From an uncultured Candidatus Saccharibacteria bacterium (GTDB taxonomy: Bacteria; Patescibacteriota; Saccharimonadia; Saccharimonadales; CAZJQT01), in NCBI GenBank assembly GCA_964636215.1, contig CAZWRJ010000002.1, forward strand, positions 20,967 to 84,966: a DNA stretch of 64,000 nt, read 5' to 3'. Below are positions 9,155-17,684 of this stretch, one piece after another. A model generated the notes under the pieces. It ran no database searches. It was not told the DNA's origin and saw only the letters and a list, made by a program, of their open reading frames with translations. Each line of letters begins with the position of its first letter. Position 1 is the first letter of the stretch. The translations under genes and the position numbers were made by a program.

Positions 9155-9955
9155 ATGAAACAAATTTTTTCAAAATCGAACCGAGCCCTAGTTTCCGAAC
9201 TAGTCAGAACCGATTTTAAGCTTAGATACCAAGGCTCAGTTCTAGGTTATGTATGGTCACTACTAAGCCCTTTGCTACTTTTTATAATCTTATATTTTGT
9301 ATATGTTAATTTTTTGCACGTGGGAGATAACTTCCCCCACTATGCTGTTTACTTACTTCTAGGTATTGTTTCTTGGAACTTCTTTAAGGAGTTAACCAAT
9401 CAAAGTCTTCAATCAATTGTTATGCGGGGCGATTTGATTAGAAAGGTGAGCATACCAAGATGGATTATTGTGGCCTCTACCAGCCTATCTGCGCTCATCA
9501 ATCTTGCATTGAACTCAATTATCTTGTTTGTACTTGCTATGATTAACAAACTACCTCTTGGGTTCGCTGCACTACTACTACCACTTATGCTTCTCCAGAT
9601 TTATATTTTTGGGTTAGCAGTTTCATTGTTTCTTTCGTGCTGGTACGTAAAGTACCGTGACATTAGTTATATCTGGGAAGTATTCATACAGGCAGGATTT
9701 TTCCTAACTCCAATACTATATCCGTTATCAAAAATAAGCAGTCTCACATTTCAGAAAATTATGTTGCTGAATCCTGTGGCCGTGGCGATCCAAGATGCTC
9801 GATATGTTTTTGTAACTAAATCTACTATCACAACTCATTCTGTGTTTAAACATGGGTGGTATTCTTTTTTACCTTACGTAGTTAGCTTATTGCTCATCGT
9901 TGGAGGTGTTTTTTACTTTAAAAAACAATCGAAATCGTTCGCGGAGAACATTTAG
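9155..9955 (+). CDS. ABC-2 type polysaccharide/teichoic-acid exporter permease (Wzm/TagG-like)
   Basis: 266 aa with six predicted TM helices and an N-terminal FKLRYQGSVLGYVWSLLSPLL motif typical of ABC-2 glycan exporters. The cognate ATPase gene follows. Confidence 0.8.
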   Translation: MKQIFSKSNRALVSELVRTDFKLRYQGSVLGYVWSLLSPLLLFIILYFVYVNFLHVGDNFPHYAVYLLLGIVSWNFFKELTNQSLQSIVMRGDLIRKVSIPRWIIVASTSLSALINLALNSIILFVLAMINKLPLGFAALLLPLMLLQIYIFGLAVSLFLSCWYVKYRDISYIWEVFIQAGFFLTPILYPLSKISSLTFQKIMLLNPVAVAIQDARYVFVTKSTITTHSVFKHGWYSFLPYVVSLLLIVGGVFYFKKQSKSFAENI

Positions 9956-9967
9956 TCGAGTCATATT

Positions 9968-11197
9968 ATGGATCATGACATAGTCGTTAAAGTAGAAAAC
10001 TTAAGTAAAAATTTTCGTTTACCTCACGAGAAACGCACATCAGTTAAAAGTCTTTTTGTAAATTTGTTTAGGCGTCAGGGATATGAAAACCTAAATGTTC
10101 TTAGAGATATTTCGTTTGAGATAAAAAAAGGTGAGTTTTTTGGCATTGTAGGTCGAAACGGCAGCGGCAAAAGCACACTGTTGAAATTACTGGCAGGAAT
10201 TTATTATCCGGAACAGGGACAAATCCAGATCAAGGGCAAGCTCGTACCCTTTATCGAACTTGGGGTCGGTTTTAATCCCGAACTAACTGGTCGAGAAAAT
10301 GTATTTTTGAATGGTGCACTACTTGGGCTGAATAGAAAAGAAGTGCTTGCCATGTACGATGAAATAGTTGATTTCGCTGAACTTGAACAATTTATGGATC
10401 AAAAACTTAAGAATTACTCATCCGGCATGCAGGTGCGATTGGCTTTTTCGATTGCCATAAGAGCACAAGCTGACGTCCTATTACTAGATGAGGTGTTGGC
10501 CGTCGGTGATTCTGCATTTCAACAAAAATGTTTTGATTATTTTTCTTCACTAAAACGTGAGAAAAGAACCATAATTTTAGTCTCTCATAATATGGCGGCA
10601 GTAGAACAGTTCTGTGATCGCGCAATACTAATCGAAAAAGGGGATATTAAACACATAGGTCCTAGTTCCACAGTAGCTGAAATGTACGAAGACATGTTTC
10701 TCCGTGAAGAAGCCGAACGGCTTCGGCAAGAAAGGGTTGAGAATAGTTCTAAAAAACCCTTGGCTTACGATAGCGAAGGCCATGTATTCAGCGTCAGCAG
10801 CATTAAAACTTTTCAAAGAGGAAAAGCAACTAGGAATATAGATGCCGATAAGGATTTTGTCATTGAGGTTAAGCTTCACAGCAAAGTAGATATGGAAGGC
10901 ATCAATATCGGCATCAATATCAAAAACCATGATCGTGTAATGATTTTCTCAACGGATAATTATGCGAGAATAGGCACCATAGATCTTAAGAAAAATAAAA
11001 CTACGACAATAAGATATAAAGTAGAAAATATTCTAAATAACGGTGTCTACACAATTAACCTTGGTATTGCCGAACACACAGAAGAGATTCCAAAAATTCT
11101 ATTAAGACAGGAAAAGGCCCAGGAGTTCACAGTATCGGGCGTCCTGTCACATACTAAGAGTTTGACCCATCCAAAAATAGAAATAGAGACTGGCTAG
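9968..11197 (+). CDS. ABC polysaccharide exporter ATP-binding protein with C-terminal extension (Wzt/TagH-like)
   Basis: 409 aa with Walker A GRNGSGKST, signature YSSGMQVRLAF and Walker B LLLDEVLAVGD. About 150 extra C-terminal residues are beta-rich, as in Wzt carbohydrate-binding domains. Confidence 0.82.
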   Translation: MDHDIVVKVENLSKNFRLPHEKRTSVKSLFVNLFRRQGYENLNVLRDISFEIKKGEFFGIVGRNGSGKSTLLKLLAGIYYPEQGQIQIKGKLVPFIELGVGFNPELTGRENVFLNGALLGLNRKEVLAMYDEIVDFAELEQFMDQKLKNYSSGMQVRLAFSIAIRAQADVLLLDEVLAVGDSAFQQKCFDYFSSLKREKRTIILVSHNMAAVEQFCDRAILIEKGDIKHIGPSSTVAEMYEDMFLREEAERLRQERVENSSKKPLAYDSEGHVFSVSSIKTFQRGKATRNIDADKDFVIEVKLHSKVDMEGINIGINIKNHDRVMIFSTDNYARIGTIDLKKNKTTTIRYKVENILNNGVYTINLGIAEHTEEIPKILLRQEKAQEFTVSGVLSHTKSLTHPKIEIETG

Positions 11198-11205
11198 GTT
11201 TATTC

Positions 11206-11850
11206 GTGACGAGTTCACTACTCAAGCATGGTTGGCTAAAAAAGAAGCAGGTTAAATATGACTTTTTGGATCTAGGTTGTAAAAAAGGTAGCTCTATTAG
11301 CTGGAGCCATAGGAAATACGGAGGACATGGGCTAGGAGTTGATATGAAGCCTGAATGGATCAAAGAAGCGACAGCTAACGGATATGACGCTATATGTGCA
11401 GATGTGCTGAAACTAGATTTCCCTAAAAATAGTTTTCGGTATATTTCTATGATGGATTTTCTAGAGCATATGCCTACCAAAGAAACCGCGTTTGAGGTCT
11501 TGAGAAACTGCAAGGAATGGGCCAGGGAATTCTTTTTTATTCACCATCCTTCATTTGAAGATATAGGTTATTTGAAAAAACTTGGTCTAAAAATTGATTG
11601 GACGGATGGCTATGATCATAATTGCCCTTTGACATTAAGTGAACTAAAAGCAATGTTTAAAAAACTGGGACTTAATGATTTCACAATTGAGGCAAAACTG
11701 CCTATGCTTGATAGTTCTGAAACTCATATTATTCCAATAGACTCACCTTACGATACACATTTATACAGTAAGGAGTTGGGGCCTAAGCGCCAAGTTAAGT
11801 TTGATCACCCGGTCTACAGTAGATTTGAAATAGTAGTTCGTTTAACATGA
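11206..11850 (+). CDS. Class I SAM-dependent methyltransferase
   Basis: 214 aa with a GTG start. Motif I is FLDLGCKKGSS, with an acidic post-I residue. It lies directly after wzt. Confidence 0.65.
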   Translation: MTSSLLKHGWLKKKQVKYDFLDLGCKKGSSISWSHRKYGGHGLGVDMKPEWIKEATANGYDAICADVLKLDFPKNSFRYISMMDFLEHMPTKETAFEVLRNCKEWAREFFFIHHPSFEDIGYLKKLGLKIDWTDGYDHNCPLTLSELKAMFKKLGLNDFTIEAKLPMLDSSETHIIPIDSPYDTHLYSKELGPKRQVKFDHPVYSRFEIVVRLT

Positions 11851-11870
11851 TACTGCATTAAACTTGTTAC

Positions 11871-13232
11871 ATGAGCGCCATTCGTCCAAAAATATTAATT
11901 TTGTCCCACATCTCGGAACTTTTGGGCGGGGCCGAGCGTTCTATGCTAGAAATTTTTGATAAATGGGCAGAACAGTACGATATTAAACCTCAATTTATTT
12001 TACGAGAGCCAATTAAGTCGCTCGCCGGTGAACTTAAAAATAGAGGTTGGAAATATTATCCTCTACGCTATACCTTCTGGTCCGATGGTAACCCACCAAC
12101 CCATCCAGAAGATATCTATAGAAACTGGCAACAAAATACCAAGGCAGTTACGGACATAGAAAAAATAATCAAGAGAACAAAACCCGATGTGATTATGACT
12201 AATTCAGTAGTCTGCCCATGGGCAGCACTAGCAGCCTATAATCAAAAAGTACCACACATATGGTTTGTGAGGGAATACGGCGATCTTGATCACGGCCGGG
12301 TATACGAAATCGGAAGAAAAAAGACCCTTGAAGACGTCGGGAATTTGTCAGCTCTTGTTCTAGCTAACTCAGAAACCCTGGCAGAACATCTAAGTAACTA
12401 TATGAATCCAAAAAAGGTATCTGCTATCTATGCACCGTTTGATATAGGCGAACTACAGGCCAGTGCTAGTGAGAAAGTACCTAACCCATTCAAAATTGAA
12501 GAATCCCTGAAGCTAGTCTTGGCTGGTAACTTAGCTAGATCTAAAGGACAGCTGGAGGCCGTCAGAGCCGTAGGCCAGCTGGTAAAACAAGGTTCAAATA
12601 TTGAGCTTTGTTTGATCGGAAAGTCAGGTGACACTGAGTTTAGCCAGCAACTGGATAATGCCATTAAACTATTTGCTATTGAAGACAGAGTACACCTACT
12701 AGGTTATCAGACTAATTTACTGCCTTATGTTTCAATGGCTGACGTTGGCATTATGCCTTCACGCATGGAAGCCTTTGGACGAGTGACATTCGAATACTTA
12801 GCTATTGGAAAACCGGTGGTTGGTGCTAACTCAGGAGCTACACCAGAAATGGTCAAGAACGGTGTAAATGGCTATCTATTCAAAGCCGAAGACATCAATA
12901 GCCTAGCTGACGCTATAAAACACTACGCTGATAAACCCGAGCTTATAGTCAAACATGGTATAGCCTCAAAGCTCCAAGCCGAAACCATGATGAGGGGTGA
13001 ATACAACACCGACGTAGCCTACTCCAGAATACTCAAGGCTCTAGATCATTATGCTCCCACAACCAAACCCATTAACTATTTGAATCACTGGGCATCATAT
13101 TCTAGATCATCCAAACCACCAGCAAGTGTGGATGATTCGCTCAAAACTAAACTCCGCAGAAAACTACGAAGACATGGCAAAACTGTCTACTTTAAGGCTC
13201 GAAGCCTAAAAGCAAAGGTTACTGGTAAATGA
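11871..13232 (+). CDS. Glycosyltransferase, GT4 family
   Basis: 453 aa with an EX7E region (PSRMEAFGRVTFEYLAIGKPVVGANSGATPEMV). Confidence 0.82.
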   Translation: MSAIRPKILILSHISELLGGAERSMLEIFDKWAEQYDIKPQFILREPIKSLAGELKNRGWKYYPLRYTFWSDGNPPTHPEDIYRNWQQNTKAVTDIEKIIKRTKPDVIMTNSVVCPWAALAAYNQKVPHIWFVREYGDLDHGRVYEIGRKKTLEDVGNLSALVLANSETLAEHLSNYMNPKKVSAIYAPFDIGELQASASEKVPNPFKIEESLKLVLAGNLARSKGQLEAVRAVGQLVKQGSNIELCLIGKSGDTEFSQQLDNAIKLFAIEDRVHLLGYQTNLLPYVSMADVGIMPSRMEAFGRVTFEYLAIGKPVVGANSGATPEMVKNGVNGYLFKAEDINSLADAIKHYADKPELIVKHGIASKLQAETMMRGEYNTDVAYSRILKALDHYAPTTKPINYLNHWASYSRSSKPPASVDDSLKTKLRRKLRRHGKTVYFKARSLKAKVTGK

Positions 13233-14119
13233 GCCGCGACACCCATTTGGTCACAATAGTTGTCCCCGTATACGGCGACTGGACCTCTCTAAAAGACTGC
13301 ATTGACTCCCTCAAGCAGCATGTTGCTGCAAAACACAAGGTCATGTTGGTGAATGACTGTGGTCCCGAGGTTGAACAAATGGAAAAGGGAATCAAGGATA
13401 GCATCAAGGGCTTTAAAAACTTTTCATATTATCGAAATAACAAAAATCTTGGTTTTGTGGGCACCTGTAATCGAGCCGTGCTTGAGCTGGATAAAACCAA
13501 AAACGATATCCTACTTCTTAATAGCGACACCAAAGTAACAGAAGATTTTTTGGAAGAAATGTCGGCTGCACTTTATGAATCAGATGACGGTGGGGCAGTA
13601 TCTCCAAGAAGCAACAACGCAACTATTACAACGGTGCCTTTGTCTATGGCGAGTCAAAAAGGTATAGACCCCAACGAGTCATATAAAATTTTTCAGAAAA
13701 TTAAAGACAAATTACCTCGTTCTAATGAGGTGCCAACAGCACATGGGTTCTGTATGTTAATCTGCCGATCACTGGTAAAAAAGTATGGCTTATTTGACCC
13801 GATTTTTGGGAAAGGCTACGGGGAGGAAGTTGATTTTTGCCAACGTATTCTAAAGCAAGGTTACAAGAGTTTGATTTGTAACAGAGCATTTGTTTTCCAT
13901 ATGGAAGCTAGAAGTTTTAGTATGGAGACTAAAACCAAGTTACTTGAGAAGAACAACAAAATTATCTGGGAACGCTACCCAGATTATCGTCAATCAGTAC
14001 AGGACTATATGACCAAGGCTGTAGCTGCCGAAAACGAAGTAATCGAACGCTCGGGTGTTAAAACATCGGGAAAATTAAGTTTCAGTAAGCGTTTACTAAA
14101 AAAGCTACTAAGACACTAA
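13229..14119 (+). CDS. Glycosyltransferase, GT2 family
   Basis: 296 aa with VTIVVPVYGDWTSLKDCIDSL...VMLVNDCGP...LLNSDT. It overlaps the upstream gene by 4 nt. Confidence 0.82.
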   Translation: MSRDTHLVTIVVPVYGDWTSLKDCIDSLKQHVAAKHKVMLVNDCGPEVEQMEKGIKDSIKGFKNFSYYRNNKNLGFVGTCNRAVLELDKTKNDILLLNSDTKVTEDFLEEMSAALYESDDGGAVSPRSNNATITTVPLSMASQKGIDPNESYKIFQKIKDKLPRSNEVPTAHGFCMLICRSLVKKYGLFDPIFGKGYGEEVDFCQRILKQGYKSLICNRAFVFHMEARSFSMETKTKLLEKNNKIIWERYPDYRQSVQDYMTKAVAAENEVIERSGVKTSGKLSFSKRLLKKLLRH

Positions 14120-15432
14120 GAGTTTCGATTCAAAAACCTTATTAATTGATCATACATTAGTTGGCCAGCAGTTTCCGATGACCGCTTTTCCCAGACATAT
14201 TTCTGACCACTTTGAATTGTTTGTAAGGCATTGGTCCTAAAAGCCGGGAGGTCAGATATAACCTTCTCCAGGGCTTTATACCAACCATCAGATTCTTTCG
14301 TTGGTTTTATAACAAAAGTATCAAGTTCCGGGTTTTTGTAGGCTTCGGTGTCTGAAACCATCGGCAAAATTCCAGCAGCTAGATAGTCAAGACATTTAAT
14401 ATCTGATTTGGCTCTATTAAAATCATTATCGACTAACGGTGATAAACCAATATCGAACGGACCTTTCTTTAAAAAACTTCTGACAAATTTTGGATAAATA
14501 GTTAGGCCACGTCTGACATGCCAACGTTGAAGCCATGGTCGTTCAGGCAACACACTAGCTACTCCCACAATCGTCAAAACAAAACAGTCAGGATACTTCT
14601 CAGCTAATTTGTCTAACTCTGGCATTATCATGGACAAATCTTGATCGTGTGTACCCGTGCCCATATAAACCAGTCTAAGAAGCTTGTCATTAATTTTGGG
14701 CCGGCGCAGTTTAGTGCCAGACCATAATCTCTTATCTAAGCCATTGTTAATAACCAAAGCTTCAGTGGTCTGGCTTACAGATTCCTTGAGTCTATTTGTT
14801 GATAACCAAGTTTGATTAGCCTTCGATACTAGAAATTGTAATGCTTCATCTCGTTCAGAATGCTCATTGTGCTCTGGGTGAGACTTGTTAATTACGGAAA
14901 AGGCGTCATCACTATCCAAAACTAACATTGCCTTAGCCTTATTAAGATTTTCAACAAATAATTGAGCTGTGTTCAAATCGTCATAAGCTGTTCGCTGTAC
15001 AATAAAAACCTTGATGGACGGATCGACCTCAACGGTATTTTCTGGCAGTAGATTTACGTGTAGTTTGTTCTTCAGTGGTTCAGTGGTTAGGGGAGCTATC
15101 AATCGAATAAAAGCTGAACTACTAGGGTGAGTTAAGCTATGTCGGACAACTAAGCCAACTTGCAAAACATCAGGATCAGTGGGCTCTTCACTGTACCCAA
15201 AAACCCTATTCATTATTTTCCCAAGCATTAGTTTTTGGCGCCACTCTAAGAAGAGAGGGAAGTCGTAAATCAATCTCCAAACCTTTAACAACATTCGTCG
15301 AACGAACCTGAGTAAATTAATAATCCTGCGTCGAGTAACTATTAATATCTCACCAAGGTCACCGCGTTTCAGCATATAAATAAAATTGTTTACAGTGTTT
15401 CTTGGTGGCTTTTGGTTTGTATTATCTGGCAC
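14116..15432 (-). CDS. Hypothetical protein, GT-B-like C-terminal half (putative glycosyltransferase)
   Basis: 438 aa with a GTG start. LRLVYMGTGTHDQDL..LAEKYPDCFVLTIVGV and CLDYLAAGILPMVSD resemble a GT1/GT4 C-domain. The N-terminal half is unassigned and the start is uncertain. Confidence 0.4.
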   Translation of the reverse strand: MPDNTNQKPPRNTVNNFIYMLKRGDLGEILIVTRRRIINLLRFVRRMLLKVWRLIYDFPLFLEWRQKLMLGKIMNRVFGYSEEPTDPDVLQVGLVVRHSLTHPSSSAFIRLIAPLTTEPLKNKLHVNLLPENTVEVDPSIKVFIVQRTAYDDLNTAQLFVENLNKAKAMLVLDSDDAFSVINKSHPEHNEHSERDEALQFLVSKANQTWLSTNRLKESVSQTTEALVINNGLDKRLWSGTKLRRPKINDKLLRLVYMGTGTHDQDLSMIMPELDKLAEKYPDCFVLTIVGVASVLPERPWLQRWHVRRGLTIYPKFVRSFLKKGPFDIGLSPLVDNDFNRAKSDIKCLDYLAAGILPMVSDTEAYKNPELDTFVIKPTKESDGWYKALEKVISDLPAFRTNALQTIQSGQKYVWEKRSSETAGQLMYDQLIRFLNRNS

Positions 15433-15477
15433 ACCAACACTTTACTACCATCTATAGTCGTTACAAAATCCTAGACT

Positions 15478-16140
15478 CTAGTTAACAAAGACAATTTTTG
15501 CGTCCGATCCCGACGCTAACGAGTTATTTATATAGAAAACCTTACCTCTATTAACCGATACGGTATCAGTATTGTCGTTATTCCAGTCTCCAGAAAGGGG
15601 TTTATCGCTGGACAATCCATAAGTAAATTTAAAGTCCGATCCCGACGCTAACGAGTTATTTATGTAGTAGTAATTTCCTATCTTGGCTGAAATAGTGTCA
15701 ACCCCATCATGATTCCAGTCTCCGGCCACAGTTTGTGTACCTGGCGTACCATAAGTAAATTTAAAGTCCGATCCCGACGCTAACGAGTTATTTATGTAGT
15801 AGGTACTACCCATTCTCAGGGATATAGTATCCATTCCGTCACCATCCCAGTCTCCGGCTATAGCAGGCGTAGCAGGGTTTCCATAAATAAAGCTAAAGTC
15901 CGATCCCGACGCTAACGAGTTATTTATGTAGTAGGTACTACCTCTCTTCAGAGCTATGGTGTCAATGCCGTTGCCATCCCAGTCACCAACCAAAGCCACA
16001 TCATTATCGTTACCATACAGGAAAGATATATCGGCCACCCCGTCGTCATCTGTGTCCAGTAAGAACTGATTACCCCTCTTAATACCAATGTCGGTTGTTC
16101 CGTCACCATTCCAGTCTCCGGCTATAGCAACGTCTGGTCC
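15478..16140. repeat. In-frame 132-bp tandem repeat array (about 5 units) inside the FG-GAP protein gene
   Basis: The exact 30-mer gtccgatcccgacgctaacgagttatttat occurs at 15502, 15634, 15766 and 15898, giving a period of 132 bp (44 codons). A more diverged unit follows up to about 16140. Confidence 0.9.
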
Positions 16141-16998
16141 TGTGTAGTGGGTTGATCCAAACCACTCCTCGTAGGTATCTACGAAAACTTCGTTTCCATG
16201 AAAATGAGGAGTGTACCAATATAGCGCCGCCGTGGCACCGCTACCCATGCGCGTGGACGAACTGTCTATTGTGGTATAGCCATCATAAAAAGTGGTGGGT
16301 CCGCTCGGACATACCTGCCAGGTACCCACAGTCATGGGACCACTATAACAAGATTCCGGATCATCTGAATTATCCCAATCACCTTTGATTATGGCCCAAT
16401 TAATATTTCCCAAAGATCTTTGTTCCCCAAATTTTAATAACCAAGCTGCGTGTATTACCTGCTGAGAAAATCCAGCTTTCGAGCTACTATTCACACAAGT
16501 ACCACTGACTGATGTTACTACCGTTCCATTTTTCTTATAAAGCTTAAGCCCACTGTAATTATGAGTGGTTCCGCCGTCTGGACAGCCATACCCCATGGCT
16601 CCCGTATATCTCAGTACGCTACAACCAGCACCGCCGGTAACCAGGGTTTGTTCTTTCTGCAGTGTTACTATCAGTATTCTAGGGTTAAGGTCATAGGCTT
16701 GTGCAGCACTGTAGATTACATTGCCGGCACTGACGTAACTGCCATACTTATAACCATCAGATGGTGAATAGCCAGTAGGCTGAATGGCTTCAAAATGGTT
16801 GTTGGTACTAATGCAACTTGATGGGTAACTATTCAAAAAAGCGTCTACCTGGCTGGCATTCATGGAGTCACTAGAGCTAAAAACGGAGTCGCTCATCAAC
16901 ATATTCTTATCAAATTCAGCATACACAGGCACCGCCATCGATAGTGCGCCCGATATTGATAAAAATCCTACGACCAGTAGCAGTACTAATTTCTTCAT
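15478..16998 (-). CDS. Secreted protein: Cys-rich N-terminal domain plus C-terminal FG-GAP/VCBS-like repeats
   Basis: 506 aa with a signal peptide (MKKLVLLLVVGFLSISGALSMAVPVYA). The N-domain contains PRILIVTLQKEQTLV. The C-terminal half consists of 5-6 copies of GDW(D/N)GDGxDTIxxxxGxxYYINNSLASGSDFxFxYG. Confidence 0.75.
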   Translation of the reverse strand: MKKLVLLLVVGFLSISGALSMAVPVYAEFDKNMLMSDSVFSSSDSMNASQVDAFLNSYPSSCISTNNHFEAIQPTGYSPSDGYKYGSYVSAGNVIYSAAQAYDLNPRILIVTLQKEQTLVTGGAGCSVLRYTGAMGYGCPDGGTTHNYSGLKLYKKNGTVVTSVSGTCVNSSSKAGFSQQVIHAAWLLKFGEQRSLGNINWAIIKGDWDNSDDPESCYSGPMTVGTWQVCPSGPTTFYDGYTTIDSSSTRMGSGATAALYWYTPHFHGNEVFVDTYEEWFGSTHYTGPDVAIAGDWNGDGTTDIGIKRGNQFLLDTDDDGVADISFLYGNDNDVALVGDWDGNGIDTIALKRGSTYYINNSLASGSDFSFIYGNPATPAIAGDWDGDGMDTISLRMGSTYYINNSLASGSDFKFTYGTPGTQTVAGDWNHDGVDTISAKIGNYYYINNSLASGSDFKFTYGLSSDKPLSGDWNNDNTDTVSVNRGKVFYINNSLASGSDAKIVFVN

Positions 16999-17600
16999 GG
17001 TCCTACACTTAAGTTTAATACATCCGTAGTGGATTTGGTTTGATCCGCTAGAGTGGCCGTAGCTTTAATGGTCCAATCGCCTTGCGTAAGCCCCAACTGT
17101 TTAAGCGTCCAGCTCCAGTATGCTGCGCCTTCTCTATCCGTGGTTTCTGCTGGCAGTGATTTAGTTACACTGTCTTTGGTAAAGCTGATCATACAGCTGG
17201 CTCCGGAGGTTGTAACGCACGCTGATTGAATGATGTTTGAATAGGGTTGGCCATCAAGATTAGGGTGATGGTTACTTACAAAATTTCCATAAGGTGCAAC
17301 CAAGTTGCTGGCATTTCCCGATTCGTTATTGGTAAGTTTGGTGTTATCGTTTGACTCTTCATTAGAGTTTATATCAGTTCCTGAGTTTTTTGTATGTGAG
17401 ATCTCTCCCTTTGTTTGTTGCCCGGCTGTTGTTTGAATAGGGTTGGGGTTTTTTCGTAACCCAAATAAGTTTATATGATCAGTGAGCTCTAGAACTACAA
17501 GCAGTGCCAAAGCAACTAATAAAGCCGAAACTATGTATATACGTTTATTGACCAGGGGTCGCTTACGAGCTTTTGTAGAACTATATTTGTTTTTAGGCAC
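16995..17600 (-). CDS. Hypothetical membrane-anchored extracellular protein
   Basis: 201 aa with a GTG start. It has a basic N-terminus, one TM helix (IYIVSALLVALALLVVL), a low-complexity N/S/T linker and a small Cys-containing C-domain. A 4-nt overlap joins it to the downstream FG-GAP gene. Confidence 0.55.
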   Translation of the reverse strand: MPKNKYSSTKARKRPLVNKRIYIVSALLVALALLVVLELTDHINLFGLRKNPNPIQTTAGQQTKGEISHTKNSGTDINSNEESNDNTKLTNNESGNASNLVAPYGNFVSNHHPNLDGQPYSNIIQSACVTTSGASCMISFTKDSVTKSLPAETTDREGAAYWSWTLKQLGLTQGDWTIKATATLADQTKSTTDVLNLSVGP

Positions 17601-17684
17601 GCAATATATTTTAGCATAAGAGTTTTTATAAATCTACAGAGGTAGGCACGTTGCTAAATTAAATGTTAATATTAAATATAGCAA

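Noticed and set aside
15478-16140. The regularly spaced 30-mer repeats as a CRISPR array.
   Set aside because: The repeats are 132-bp in-frame coding units of one long ORF (FG-GAP modules). The sequences between the 30-mers are themselves homologous, and no cas genes are present.
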